Shown here one piece after another: positions 17,485 through 26,810 of a stretch of 46,225 nt of DNA. The stretch's first letter is position 1. Each line of letters starts with the position of its first letter. The stretch covers positions 1 through 46,225 of the forward strand of contig JBJOKB010000042.1 in the NCBI GenBank assembly GCA_046046315.1, in the 5' to 3' direction. This DNA is from Actinomycetota bacterium (GTDB lineage: Bacteria; Actinomycetota; Actinomycetes; S36-B12; UBA5976). The notes beneath the pieces were generated by a model that was given only the letters and a program-made list of their open reading frames with translations, was not told where the DNA came from and did not search any database. A program made the position numbers and the translations under genes.

Positions 17485-18923
17485 TATTTGTTTCCTTGCG
17501 TTCTAGTAACTGCTTGACTAAAGGCATTGCCGCGGTCTTTGTAGTCCTTAAACATGTCCCATGATGCACATCCTGGAGCAAGTAGCACGGTATCTCCAGT
17601 TTTTGCAAATTGAATTGCTGCTAGCACAACTTCAACCATGGCCTCTTCATCAGTTCTTTCAATTACTTTGTAAGGAATATTTGGAGCCACTTTCTTTAAT
17701 GCATTGGCAATCAATTCTTTGTCTTCTCCTAACAACACTGCTGCCTTCATATTTTTACTGTTTTGTTCAATCAACTCTGTAAAATCTTGACCTTTTGCTT
17801 GACCCCCAGCAATCCAGATGACATTGTCATAGGCCTTCAATGACATTTGGGCAGCATGACAATTGGTTGCTTTTGAATCATCAATGAATTTAATACCGTT
17901 AAATTCGCCAACTAATGAAATTCGATGTGGTGCTGGAACAAAACTTCTTAGCCCATCTCGCACATGAGCTGCTTCCACACCATAAGAACGTGCCAGTGCA
18001 GCTGCCGCTAAAGCATTTGCAACATTGTGAGGTGCATTAGGTTGAATATCTGAAACAGAACATAACTCTTGGGCGTGAGTTTTTCTCTCTTCCACGAATG
18101 CGCGATCTACAAGAAAATCTTCAACTACTCCTAGCATCGATAAACCCGGAACTCCTAAGGTAAATCCAATAGCCCTTGCCCCTTCGATTACATCTGCGTC
18201 TTCAACCATCTTCTCGGTAGCTTGATCCTGAACGTTATAAATTGCTGCTTTTTGAACACGGTTATAAATCCTGGCTTTAGTTTTTGAATAATTTTCAAAA
18301 CCACCAAAGAAATCCAGATGATCCTGTGCCAGATTTAAAACGGCTGCAGAGTGTGGTGACATGGACTTAACAAAAGATAATTGAGGTGCACCGACCTCAA
18401 TTGCTAAAACATCTGCAGGAATTGGATCCATAACTGCGCTTACTAATGAATCACCAATATTTCCAACAGCTGGTGCTCTAAATCCAGCAGCGGTTAAAAT
18501 TGAAGACAACATCATCGTTGCGGTGGTTTTACCATTCGTACCTGTTATGCATAACCATGGCGCTGGAAAATCAAGTGGTCTTAATCTCCAAGCTAATTCA
18601 AATTCGCCCCATATTTCAATATTCTTTTTTTGTGCTTCATCAATTATTTGCGCATTTGGTCTAACACCAGGGGAAACAACTAAAAGATTTGTGTTTGCAG
18701 GAATTTCACCTTTGTAATCAAGAAAAATAGTTGCACCTAGGATTTCTAGAACTGTGCCATGTTCTTTTTGAGTATTTCCATTACCGTTATCAATAACGGT
18801 TACATTTGCTCCAACTTCAATTAATGCGTCAGCTGCAGCAAATCCTGCTACGCCCAAACCAACAACGCATGCGTTGAATTTCGTCCAATCACTTTGTCTG
18901 TTGTGTCTTGACCAATCGATCAT
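17484..18923 (-). CDS. murD: UDP-N-acetylmuramoylalanine--D-glutamate ligase
   Basis: VVGLGVAGFAAA Rossmann motif and P-loop ITGTNGKTTATMM. Position in the dcw cluster supports it. Confidence 0.92.
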   Translation of the reverse strand: MIDWSRHNRQSDWTKFNACVVGLGVAGFAAADALIEVGANVTVIDNGNGNTQKEHGTVLEILGATIFLDYKGEIPANTNLLVVSPGVRPNAQIIDEAQKKNIEIWGEFELAWRLRPLDFPAPWLCITGTNGKTTATMMLSSILTAAGFRAPAVGNIGDSLVSAVMDPIPADVLAIEVGAPQLSFVKSMSPHSAAVLNLAQDHLDFFGGFENYSKTKARIYNRVQKAAIYNVQDQATEKMVEDADVIEGARAIGFTLGVPGLSMLGVVEDFLVDRAFVEERKTHAQELCSVSDIQPNAPHNVANALAAAALARSYGVEAAHVRDGLRSFVPAPHRISLVGEFNGIKFIDDSKATNCHAAQMSLKAYDNVIWIAGGQAKGQDFTELIEQNSKNMKAAVLLGEDKELIANALKKVAPNIPYKVIERTDEEAMVEVVLAAIQFAKTGDTVLLAPGCASWDMFKDYKDRGNAFSQAVTRTQGNK

Positions 18924-19987
18924 GCCCTAACCCAACTTGCATAAAACAAGGCCAGACCGCCTGCAACTAATGCACCATGAATAACCCAGAAACGAACAAC
19001 TATTTGAATTTCGGGCCAACCCATCATTTCGAAATGATGATGCAGTGGAGCCATTTTAAATATTCTTTTGCCAGTTAATTTAAATGAACCAACTTGTAAA
19101 ATCACAGAAATTGTTACCAAAACAAACAAACCAGCCAGAAACGCCATTAAGAGTTGAGTTCTTGTCATGATTGCTAAACCTGCGATTGCTCCACCAATAG
19201 CCAGTGAACCTGTGTCACCCATAAAAATTTGGGCAGGAGAAGTGTTCCACCATAAAAATCCAATGCAAGCACCGGCGACTGCAGCAGCAAAAACTGCTAA
19301 ATCAAGAGGATCTCTTACTTCGTAACAAGTTGCATTTCGTTCAAAGGAACAATTTTGATTAAATTCAAAAACTCCAATAAGAATGTAGGCACCAAGTGTA
19401 AGGACAGCTGCGCCTGCAGCTAAACCATCTAATCCATCTGTCAAATTAACAGCGTTTGTGGCCGCTGTTACGAGAAACCAAACTAAAAGAACAAATAAAA
19501 TAGAAGGCAAAACTAGATTTGTATCTCTTACAAATGACACCGCTGCGGAACCAGGTGTTCTTCCTAATTCATCGGGATAATTAATAGAGGCAAAACCAAA
19601 AATAAAAGCTACAACAGCTTGGCCAAGTAGTTTTGTTCTTGCTCTAATTCCTCGGCTATTTTGTTTATATATTTTTAAATAATCATCAGCAAAACCCACA
19701 ATTGCTAACCCAAACATTAAACCTAAAGCCATAAGTGCTGAAAGTGTTGGTGGTCTCCACAAAATTAAATGTGCCATGGCATAACCAACAACTGCCCCAC
19801 CCAGGATTGCCAGTCCTCCCATTGACGGTGTTCCAACTTTTGCTTGATGTTCTGGATAATTAATATTTCCGTCTGAAACTCTTATGGCTTGGGAACGTCC
19901 TCTTCTTCGAAGAAATTTAATTAGTAATGGTGTTGCAAAAAGAGAGAAGACCATGGAAGAAACGCCAGCAATGATGATCAGCCTCAC
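18920..19987 (-). CDS. mraY: phospho-N-acetylmuramoyl-pentapeptide transferase
   Basis: DDYLKI, NAVNLTDGLDGLA and MGDTGSLAIGG motifs in a polytopic membrane protein. Confidence 0.95.
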   Translation of the reverse strand: MRLIIIAGVSSMVFSLFATPLLIKFLRRRGRSQAIRVSDGNINYPEHQAKVGTPSMGGLAILGGAVVGYAMAHLILWRPPTLSALMALGLMFGLAIVGFADDYLKIYKQNSRGIRARTKLLGQAVVAFIFGFASINYPDELGRTPGSAAVSFVRDTNLVLPSILFVLLVWFLVTAATNAVNLTDGLDGLAAGAAVLTLGAYILIGVFEFNQNCSFERNATCYEVRDPLDLAVFAAAVAGACIGFLWWNTSPAQIFMGDTGSLAIGGAIAGLAIMTRTQLLMAFLAGLFVLVTISVILQVGSFKLTGKRIFKMAPLHHHFEMMGWPEIQIVVRFWVIHGALVAGGLALFYASWVRA

Positions 19988-21429
19988 GGACCGACCTCCT
20001 GATTATTGGCGTTAGTTAAATTCTCGCTGAAATCCGACACAATTGCATTTGCGACTCGCTCCAGGCCAACAGATCGAGATGCCTTTACCAACACCACGTC
20101 GTTTGTTTGGATGATTTCCTTGGCCTTTGTGATGCCACTTTCAACATTTTCAACGTAATTCAATAAACCTTTATATGAATTATTTGACAGGTAATCAAAA
20201 ACTATTTTTGCACCTTCTCCAATTACTAAAGTATTTTTTATTTCAAGTTTTTGAATAAGCGCAGCGATTTCTTCGTGTTTTTGTTTTGAAAGGCTTCCTA
20301 GTTCTTTCATTTCTCCCAAAATTGCGACAGTGTTTCTTTTTCCACCAATTTGTTTTAGTGTTTTTATTGCTGAAGCCATCGATTCTGGGTTGGCATTGTA
20401 AGCATCATTAATAACTAAAATATTATTTTTGCTAGTTTCTAATTGCATGCGCCATTTACTTTTTGGAGTAGAGCCAGATAGGGTTTTAGCAACTTTTTCT
20501 ATATCGAGCCCCTTTGTAAGAAATGCTGCTGCGGCAGCCAAAGCATTTGAAACTTGATGAGACCCAATAATTTTTAAATCAACATGACTAGATTTACCCA
20601 TGTACTCTAAATCAAAACTTGCTTGAGCATTTTCGTTGATAGTTATATTTTTTGCACAAATATCTGCACCGTTGAGTCCAAAGCTAGTTATTTGAGCTTT
20701 AGTTTTTTGCAGCGAAAAAGTAGCATCTTCTTTGTTCAATATTGCTACGTCATTTTCTGTTAAACATTCAATTATCTCTCTTTTGGTTTCTAATATTTTT
20801 TCGACAGATGTAAATATTCCTGCGTGAGCAGTACCGATATTAAGAAGTATTGAGGTATCTGGTTTGGCAATTTGACATAGATGTTTGATATTTCCTGCTC
20901 TTCTAGCTCCCATTTCCAAAATTAAAACTTTAGTTTCCTCATTGCATTCCAGCACAGTTTGAGGAAGTCCAATTTCATTATTGAAACTTCCCACTGGAAA
21001 AACCGTTGGTCCAATTAGATTTCCAAGATCTGACAGTAAATCTTTTGTTGTGGTTTTGCCTGACGATCCGGTTACCGCAACTTTCCAAATATTAGGCAGT
21101 TTTGATAATAGATAGCTAGCAAGTTTTCCTAAAGCAATGACCGTTGGTTGATCCACATCTTTTGAACCTGAATTACCCTCAGTCACAACTAAACTAGGTA
21201 ACCCTGGGATTACTTTTGAGCTGACTACTGCAACCGCGCCTGAATCAATTGCCTGCCTACAAAAATCATGACCATCTAAATTTTCTCCATTAATGGCAAT
21301 AAAAAGATCCCCTTTACTTACTTTTCGAGAGTCGATGACGACTTTTCCTGTAACTTTTAAATCACCGTCTACATTTTTAATCTCTCCTGAAATAGCGTTA
21401 GAGATTTCTTTGAGTGTCATCGTGATCAT
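19984..21429 (-). CDS. murF: UDP-N-acetylmuramoyl-tripeptide--D-alanyl-D-alanine ligase
   Basis: Mur ligase P-loop VTGSSGKTTTKDL, at the murE-murF-mraY position. Confidence 0.9.
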   Translation of the reverse strand: MITMTLKEISNAISGEIKNVDGDLKVTGKVVIDSRKVSKGDLFIAINGENLDGHDFCRQAIDSGAVAVVSSKVIPGLPSLVVTEGNSGSKDVDQPTVIALGKLASYLLSKLPNIWKVAVTGSSGKTTTKDLLSDLGNLIGPTVFPVGSFNNEIGLPQTVLECNEETKVLILEMGARRAGNIKHLCQIAKPDTSILLNIGTAHAGIFTSVEKILETKREIIECLTENDVAILNKEDATFSLQKTKAQITSFGLNGADICAKNITINENAQASFDLEYMGKSSHVDLKIIGSHQVSNALAAAAAFLTKGLDIEKVAKTLSGSTPKSKWRMQLETSKNNILVINDAYNANPESMASAIKTLKQIGGKRNTVAILGEMKELGSLSKQKHEEIAALIQKLEIKNTLVIGEGAKIVFDYLSNNSYKGLLNYVENVESGITKAKEIIQTNDVVLVKASRSVGLERVANAIVSDFSENLTNANNQEVGP

Positions 21430-21431
21430 GT

Positions 21432-22922
21432 CTATTTACCAAATTTTTCTTTTAAAGCTTTACTTAAATGTTTGGCATCATCGAAATCAATTATTTTTCC
21501 TGCTATTTCTTGAGTAGTTTCATGACCTTTACCAAGAATGGCAATTGTGTCATCTGGTGAAGAAAGTTTCACAGCTTCTTCAATGGCTTGTTCTCTACTA
21601 CCAATTTCTTTGGTTTTTATTTTGTTTTTAATTCCACTCAATACTGCTCTTCTAATTTCTGCAGGGTTTTCATTGCGAGGATTATCGTCAGTAATTATTA
21701 GGGTATCTGCATATTTTTCACCTGCAGAACCCATAAATGGTCTCTTCTCAGAATCTCTGTTTCCACCAGCTCCAAGAACAACGATTAAGTTGCCATTAGT
21801 TTGTTTTCGCAGTGCTCCCAAAACATTCTCAATAGCTTCGGGGGTGTGGGCATAATCAATAATTCCTAACGCAGCTCCTGGCATAACTACGGGTTGCATT
21901 CTTCCTGGAATTTGAGTATCTTTTATGCCATTTATGAATTCCTTTATTTCTATTCCAGTTTGATCTGCCATAGCAATTACTAGTGCCGCGTTGAATGCAT
22001 TGAAAGCACCAGCAAAACTCAGAGTAACTTTATAAGGCTTTTTTCTAGGATCAATTAATTCAAAGTAAACATGTCCAAGAGCTGCGGTGATGTCGCTGAC
22101 TCGCCAGTCGTTGTGGACATCACCGCCCAGTGTTGCAAAAGGAATTTGGATTTTTTGTGTCAGTTTTTTACCCCAAGAATCTAAATCTGTAATCACGGCA
22201 TTAGAGGTGAAATATTCTGTGAATAATTTAGCTTTTGCTTCAAAATAACTTTCCATATTTTTATGAAAATCTAAATGATCTTGGCTTAAATTTGTAAAAC
22301 CTGTTGAAGCAAATTTTGTGCCATCAATTCTTTCTAAATCAAGGGAATGTGAAGATACTTCCATCGAAATAGCTTTAGATCCTTTTTCTAAGGCTAGTGC
22401 AAATAATGCTTGTAATTCTGGAGCTTCAGGAGTAGTTCTGGCACTTGGAAGATTAGTTCCTGCAATAGAAATTCCAGCTGTACCTAACAAAGAAGTTGGG
22501 ATGCCACATTTTTCTAAACCAGCACGCATTAACCAAGCTGAAGTAGTTTTTCCATTCGTTCCTGTAATTCCATAAATTTTTAATGATTCAGAAGGATTTC
22601 CAAACACAAAAGAGGAAATCTCGCCTAACTTATGGCGAGGATTTTCCATTTTTAGAACAATTAATTCCTCATCTTTTATTAAATTCTCACCTTGTGAATC
22701 AGTTAGAACAGCTACAGCCCCATTTGCTTTGGCTTCATTAACAAAATTTGCTCCATGAGTTTTTTCTCCAGTTAAAGCAACAAATAGATCTCCTGGCTCA
22801 ACGCTTTTAGTGTCATGGGTAATTCCTGTAATTTTTAGATCTGAAAAATTTGCTGGTAAATTAAATTTTCGAGCAAGTTCACCTAACGACACAGGTTTTA
22901 CGCTGGGGCGGGCAAACTTCAT
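21432..22922 (-). CDS. murE: UDP-N-acetylmuramoyl-L-alanyl-D-glutamate--2,6-diaminopimelate (or L-Lys) ligase
   Basis: P-loop GITGTNGKTTSAWL and a C-terminal DDNPRNE motif. Confidence 0.92.
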   Translation of the reverse strand: MKFARPSVKPVSLGELARKFNLPANFSDLKITGITHDTKSVEPGDLFVALTGEKTHGANFVNEAKANGAVAVLTDSQGENLIKDEELIVLKMENPRHKLGEISSFVFGNPSESLKIYGITGTNGKTTSAWLMRAGLEKCGIPTSLLGTAGISIAGTNLPSARTTPEAPELQALFALALEKGSKAISMEVSSHSLDLERIDGTKFASTGFTNLSQDHLDFHKNMESYFEAKAKLFTEYFTSNAVITDLDSWGKKLTQKIQIPFATLGGDVHNDWRVSDITAALGHVYFELIDPRKKPYKVTLSFAGAFNAFNAALVIAMADQTGIEIKEFINGIKDTQIPGRMQPVVMPGAALGIIDYAHTPEAIENVLGALRKQTNGNLIVVLGAGGNRDSEKRPFMGSAGEKYADTLIITDDNPRNENPAEIRRAVLSGIKNKIKTKEIGSREQAIEEAVKLSSPDDTIAILGKGHETTQEIAGKIIDFDDAKHLSKALKEKFGK

Positions 22923-22927
22923 TTAAA

Positions 22928-24661
22928 TCACCACTCCACTGGATAGCCGGTTGGCTTTCCATTAGAAGGAGGAATATTTAGTTGTTGTAATGAATATTGT
23001 GCAACTTCCTTGAACACAGGCCCTGCAAGTAATCCTCCATATCGACCATTACGTGGGTGATGAATAGCAACGGCAACAACAATCTCAGGATCTTCAGCAG
23101 GTGCCATGCCAATAAATGAGGCGATTACATCTCGGGAATAACACTTGCAATTTGGATCCACAACTTGAGCAGTTCCAGTTTTTCCAGCAACTCGATAACC
23201 TGGAATTCCTGCTAAAGGAGCTGTTCCTTCATCTGAAACAACAGTTTCCATCATCTCTCTTAATGTTTTAGCTGCAGATTCAGAAATTACTTCAACTTTT
23301 TCAGGTTCTGGTGCTGCTTGATATTGACCATTTGGCATTACGTAGCCTTCAATAAGCGATGGATTTATTCTGACGCCATCATTTGCAATCGTTGCGTACA
23401 TGCTGGCAATTTGAACTGCGGTAACCATGTAACCCTGACCAAAAGCAAAAGTTGGAAAACTTGTGCCAGACCAATTTTCTATTTTCGGTAGACGACCTTT
23501 TGATTCACCAGGAAATTGCATCCCCGTTGACTGTCCTACTCCAAATTTTGTTAAATAACTATTGAATTTTTCTGCCCCCATTAATTCAGCAGCTTGAATT
23601 GTTCCGATGTTACTAGATTTAGCTAAAACTCCAGTCATAGTTAATTTCAATGTTGGATGAGGTTCATGATCGTGGAAAGTTTTACCATTTCTTTTTAAAA
23701 CAGGTGGAATTGTAAATGCAGTTGTGGGACTTGCTAATCCTTCATTTAACAATCCGGCCATCGTGATTACTTTTGCAGTTGAACCAGGTTCGTAAGCATC
23801 AACTAAAGCGTGATTAACGGTTACTCCATCAGCGGCTTCGCCTGGTTTATTCGCATCAAATGTTGGATAAGTTGCTAACGCTAAGATCTTTCCTGTTTTA
23901 GGAGAAATTGCAACAAGTGTTCCACTATCTGCTTGTGCATGTTCAACTCGAGCAGCAAGTGATTGTTCTGCAACAAATTGCAAATCTCTATCGATTGTTA
24001 ATCTAATTCCCATTCCTGGAACAGGTTTCTTTTCTGACGCAATACCTGATGGCAGCGGTCTTCCTCCTGCACTTATTTCTACAGTGACTTCACCTTGGGA
24101 ACCTGCTAATTCATTTTCAAATCCATATTCCAATCCAGCTAAACCTTTATCTTCACCACCAATAAAACCAATGGTGCTAGAAGCCAATGTGTTTGACGGG
24201 TAAATTCTTTTCGTGGTTTTTTCACTAAAAATTCCTGGTAATTTTAGTTCTTTTATTTTGGTCCATTGTTCTGGAGTTATTTTTTTTAACACGTAATTGA
24301 ATTTTCTATCTCCTGAAAGCTCAGGAATTATGGTTGCAACATCGGCACCTGTAATTGCGGCAATTGCGTTTGCGGTTCCAACAGGATCTATCACCATTGT
24401 TTGATCTACTGTTATGTCTCTTGCATCAACTGTGATTGCTAATGGAGCCCCTTTTCTATCGGTGATTTCTCCGCGTTGGGCAGGCAAAATTAGAGTTCTT
24501 GTTCTATTTTCAGCGGCAGTTGCGGCAAGTTGTGGTGCATCCAGTGCTTGCAGTTGAAAAAGTCTAATTCCAAAAATTGAAAGAGTAATAAAGCAAAAAG
24601 CGAGCGCTCCGCGCATTCTGCGTGGACCAGTTTTTAATTTGATGACTTCATTTGGATTCAT
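22928..24661 (-). CDS. ftsI: class B penicillin-binding protein (division transpeptidase FtsI/PbpB)
   Basis: N-terminal TM helix with transpeptidase motifs STAK (GSTAKV), SSN (KSSNIG) and KTGT (GKTGTAQ). Confidence 0.9.
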   Translation of the reverse strand: MNPNEVIKLKTGPRRMRGALAFCFITLSIFGIRLFQLQALDAPQLAATAAENRTRTLILPAQRGEITDRKGAPLAITVDARDITVDQTMVIDPVGTANAIAAITGADVATIIPELSGDRKFNYVLKKITPEQWTKIKELKLPGIFSEKTTKRIYPSNTLASSTIGFIGGEDKGLAGLEYGFENELAGSQGEVTVEISAGGRPLPSGIASEKKPVPGMGIRLTIDRDLQFVAEQSLAARVEHAQADSGTLVAISPKTGKILALATYPTFDANKPGEAADGVTVNHALVDAYEPGSTAKVITMAGLLNEGLASPTTAFTIPPVLKRNGKTFHDHEPHPTLKLTMTGVLAKSSNIGTIQAAELMGAEKFNSYLTKFGVGQSTGMQFPGESKGRLPKIENWSGTSFPTFAFGQGYMVTAVQIASMYATIANDGVRINPSLIEGYVMPNGQYQAAPEPEKVEVISESAAKTLREMMETVVSDEGTAPLAGIPGYRVAGKTGTAQVVDPNCKCYSRDVIASFIGMAPAEDPEIVVAVAIHHPRNGRYGGLLAGPVFKEVAQYSLQQLNIPPSNGKPTGYPVEW

Positions 24662-25050
24662 GGTGTACTCACTGGTGTTACAACATTTGGATCCGGCTCA
24701 TTCAATATTGGATCAACACCTGCACCCATTAAGCGACCATCTCTTAAGTCAATGAAGGCTGAACCTTGACTTGGAATCATTCCAATCTCAATTGCTTTGT
24801 TTTTAAGCACTTCAGGAGATTCCATGCGTGAGACATTTTGGGCCAGCATTTCATGCTCGTCAGCCAAAGCGATTGATTGATTTTGTAATTCTTGGATTTC
24901 AAATTGACCTTGGGACAATAAAGTATTTACAAACAATCCGCCAAGCATCCCCAGTAAAACTATTCCAGAAATAATTAATCCAAAACCAACTGCAGCAATC
25001 TGCTTTGGAGTTACTTGCGGTGTGCTTAACGATATTGGTGCAACGCTCAT
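24658..25050 (-). CDS. FtsL-like single-pass membrane division protein
   Basis: 130 aa with one TM helix followed by a short coiled-coil-like segment. Occupies the ftsL slot between rsmH and ftsI, with 4-nt overlaps on both sides. No sequence-specific motif was recognised. Confidence 0.55.
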   Translation of the reverse strand: MSVAPISLSTPQVTPKQIAAVGFGLIISGIVLLGMLGGLFVNTLLSQGQFEIQELQNQSIALADEHEMLAQNVSRMESPEVLKNKAIEIGMIPSQGSAFIDLRDGRLMGAGVDPILNEPDPNVVTPVSTP

Positions 25051-26006
25051 GCTGCCACCGCCACTCTTTGAGCAACTCTTAAACGAACAGAAGTCGAGCG
25101 CGGATTTGCAGCAATTTCTTCATCGCATGCTTGTTCTGCTTTTCTAGTGACTAATTCAAAAGGTGCAATATTTTTTGAAAGTAATACCGGCAATCCTGGT
25201 AAGGCATCAATTATCGAAGATTGCTCTTTAAAAGCATTTTTAACAATTCGATCTTCTAGAGAGTGATATGACAAAACTAAAATTCTTCCACCCACAACAA
25301 GAGCTGCCATGGCTTGAGGTATCGCTTTTTCTAAAATCTGTAATTCGTTATTAACTGCGATTCTTAAAGCTTGGAAAGTTCTTTTTGCTGGATTTCCTCC
25401 TGTACGCCTTGCTGGTGCCGGAATTACATCTTTTATTAATTCAACTAATTCAAAAGTTGATTTCCAAGGTTTATTAATTCTTCTTTTTACGATTTCTTGA
25501 GCGATTCTTTTTGCAAATTTTTCTTCACCATAAGTGCTTAAAATATACGCTAATTCTTTAACATCATAATTATTCAAAATGTCTGCTGCACTCAAGGAAT
25601 CTTGATCATTCATTCTCATATCAAGTGGTGCATCTTGTGCATAAGAAAATCCACGATTTGCTTCATCAAGTTGAATTGAAGAAACTCCTAGATCTAGCAA
25701 AACTCCATTAACTTTTCGTCCTGCTAAGATTTTTTCAATTTGGTCAAAAGTTTCATTTACAAATTCAACACGACTAGCAAGATTTCCAAGTCTAAGTTTT
25801 GCTCGTTCAATCGCAATTGGGTCTCTATCGATACCTATTATTTTTAGATTTGGAAATTCTTTTAAGAGAGATTCTGTGTGACCAGCTAAACCAAGGGTTC
25901 CATCAATTAATAATGGATTTGAAACATTAAGTGCAGGTGCAAACATTTCAAGAACACGATCACGCATAACAGGTATGTGTTGTTCTTGCAAAGACTTTTC
26001 AGTCAT
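25047..26006 (-). CDS. rsmH: 16S rRNA (cytosine1402-N4)-methyltransferase RsmH/MraW
   Basis: HIPVM....DGTLGLAGH, DLGVSS.QLD and SYHSLEDR motifs. Confidence 0.93.
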   Translation of the reverse strand: MTEKSLQEQHIPVMRDRVLEMFAPALNVSNPLLIDGTLGLAGHTESLLKEFPNLKIIGIDRDPIAIERAKLRLGNLASRVEFVNETFDQIEKILAGRKVNGVLLDLGVSSIQLDEANRGFSYAQDAPLDMRMNDQDSLSAADILNNYDVKELAYILSTYGEEKFAKRIAQEIVKRRINKPWKSTFELVELIKDVIPAPARRTGGNPAKRTFQALRIAVNNELQILEKAIPQAMAALVVGGRILVLSYHSLEDRIVKNAFKEQSSIIDALPGLPVLLSKNIAPFELVTRKAEQACDEEIAANPRSTSVRLRVAQRVAVAA

Positions 26007-26041
26007 TTACTGTTTCCCCTTCCCCTTACTTTTCGGCTTTG

Positions 26042-26137
26042 CGTTTCACCGAGGTCCCCCTCTGCAAACATTGCTTCCGGCTTCGGGGAAGAAAGTCGGC
26101 GGACAATAATTTGCAGAGAGAGGCCTCAAGCGAAACG
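26042..26137 (-). ncRNA. long imperfect hairpin in the mraZ-rsmH spacer, consistent with the actinobacterial mraW RNA motif
   Basis: CGTTTC (26042-47) pairs with GAAACG (26132-37), GAGG with CCTC, and CTCTGCAAA (26060-68) with TTTGCAGAG (26110-18). There is an inner CTTCC/GGAAG stem. It lies directly 5' of rsmH on the coding strand with no U-tract after it. Confidence 0.5.
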
Positions 26138-26164
26138 AAAATAATTCGTTTAGCTATTTAGCTT

Positions 26165-26596
26165 CTAAAAGATTCCTGGCACCACCTCTTCTGCTGTGGA
26201 AGCAAATTTTGGTTCAGCAACAGACAAATATGTTTGCCATGCTTTTGGATCCCAAATTTCAACTGTGGTGTCAGCGCCAACCACGATTACATCTCGATCA
26301 AGTCCTGCATATTCTCTTAATGGAGTAGGTAAAGTAATGCGACCTTGTTTATCAATTTGGTCATCAAATGCTGAAGAAAAGAAAACTCTTAAGTAACTTC
26401 TAACTCGCGCATCATTTCTCGAAGCTTCACGTAAACGTTGCGCATAAATCTGAAATTCACTGGCTGGCCACATCACAACGGAAAGGTCTTGGCCTTTTGT
26501 TAAAACCACATCGTTGGAGAATCCTTCGCGGAATTTGGCGGGAAGCACTAGACGACCTTTGTCGTCTAAACGAGGGGCATGAGTGCCCAGAAACAT
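26165..26596 (-). CDS. mraZ: transcriptional regulator MraZ
   Basis: Duplicated SpoVT/AbrB-like halves, each with a DxxGR motif (LDDKGRLVLP and IDKQGRITLP). It is the first gene of the dcw cluster. Confidence 0.93.
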   Translation of the reverse strand: MFLGTHAPRLDDKGRLVLPAKFREGFSNDVVLTKGQDLSVVMWPASEFQIYAQRLREASRNDARVRSYLRVFFSSAFDDQIDKQGRITLPTPLREYAGLDRDVIVVGADTTVEIWDPKAWQTYLSVAEPKFASTAEEVVPGIF

Positions 26597-26736
26597 GAGG
26601 CCTCCCCTTTGTCTAGATCCCCTAGCCCTCGATCAGCCTCTGGCCGAGTGGCTCAAACACCTAAAAAAGGCGTTTCGTCCACCTTACTCCATTTTCCTCC
26701 AAAATCAACCCCCTACCCCCATATTTTTCAATTTTT

Positions 26737-26777
26737 CTCCCACTAACCCCCACAGGGTTGATGCCTATTCCCCACCC
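26737..26777 (-). promoter_or_regulatory. phased GTGGG direct repeats upstream of mraZ (candidate MraZ operator in the dcw promoter region)
   Basis: On the minus strand GTGGG occurs at 26775-26771, 26753-26749 and 26743-26739, with spacings of 22 and 10 bp. The repeats lie about 145-180 nt upstream of the mraZ ATG. Confidence 0.4.
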
Positions 26778-26810
26778 TCGAGGAGCACTTCTGACACCTA
26801 GGATGAAGCG

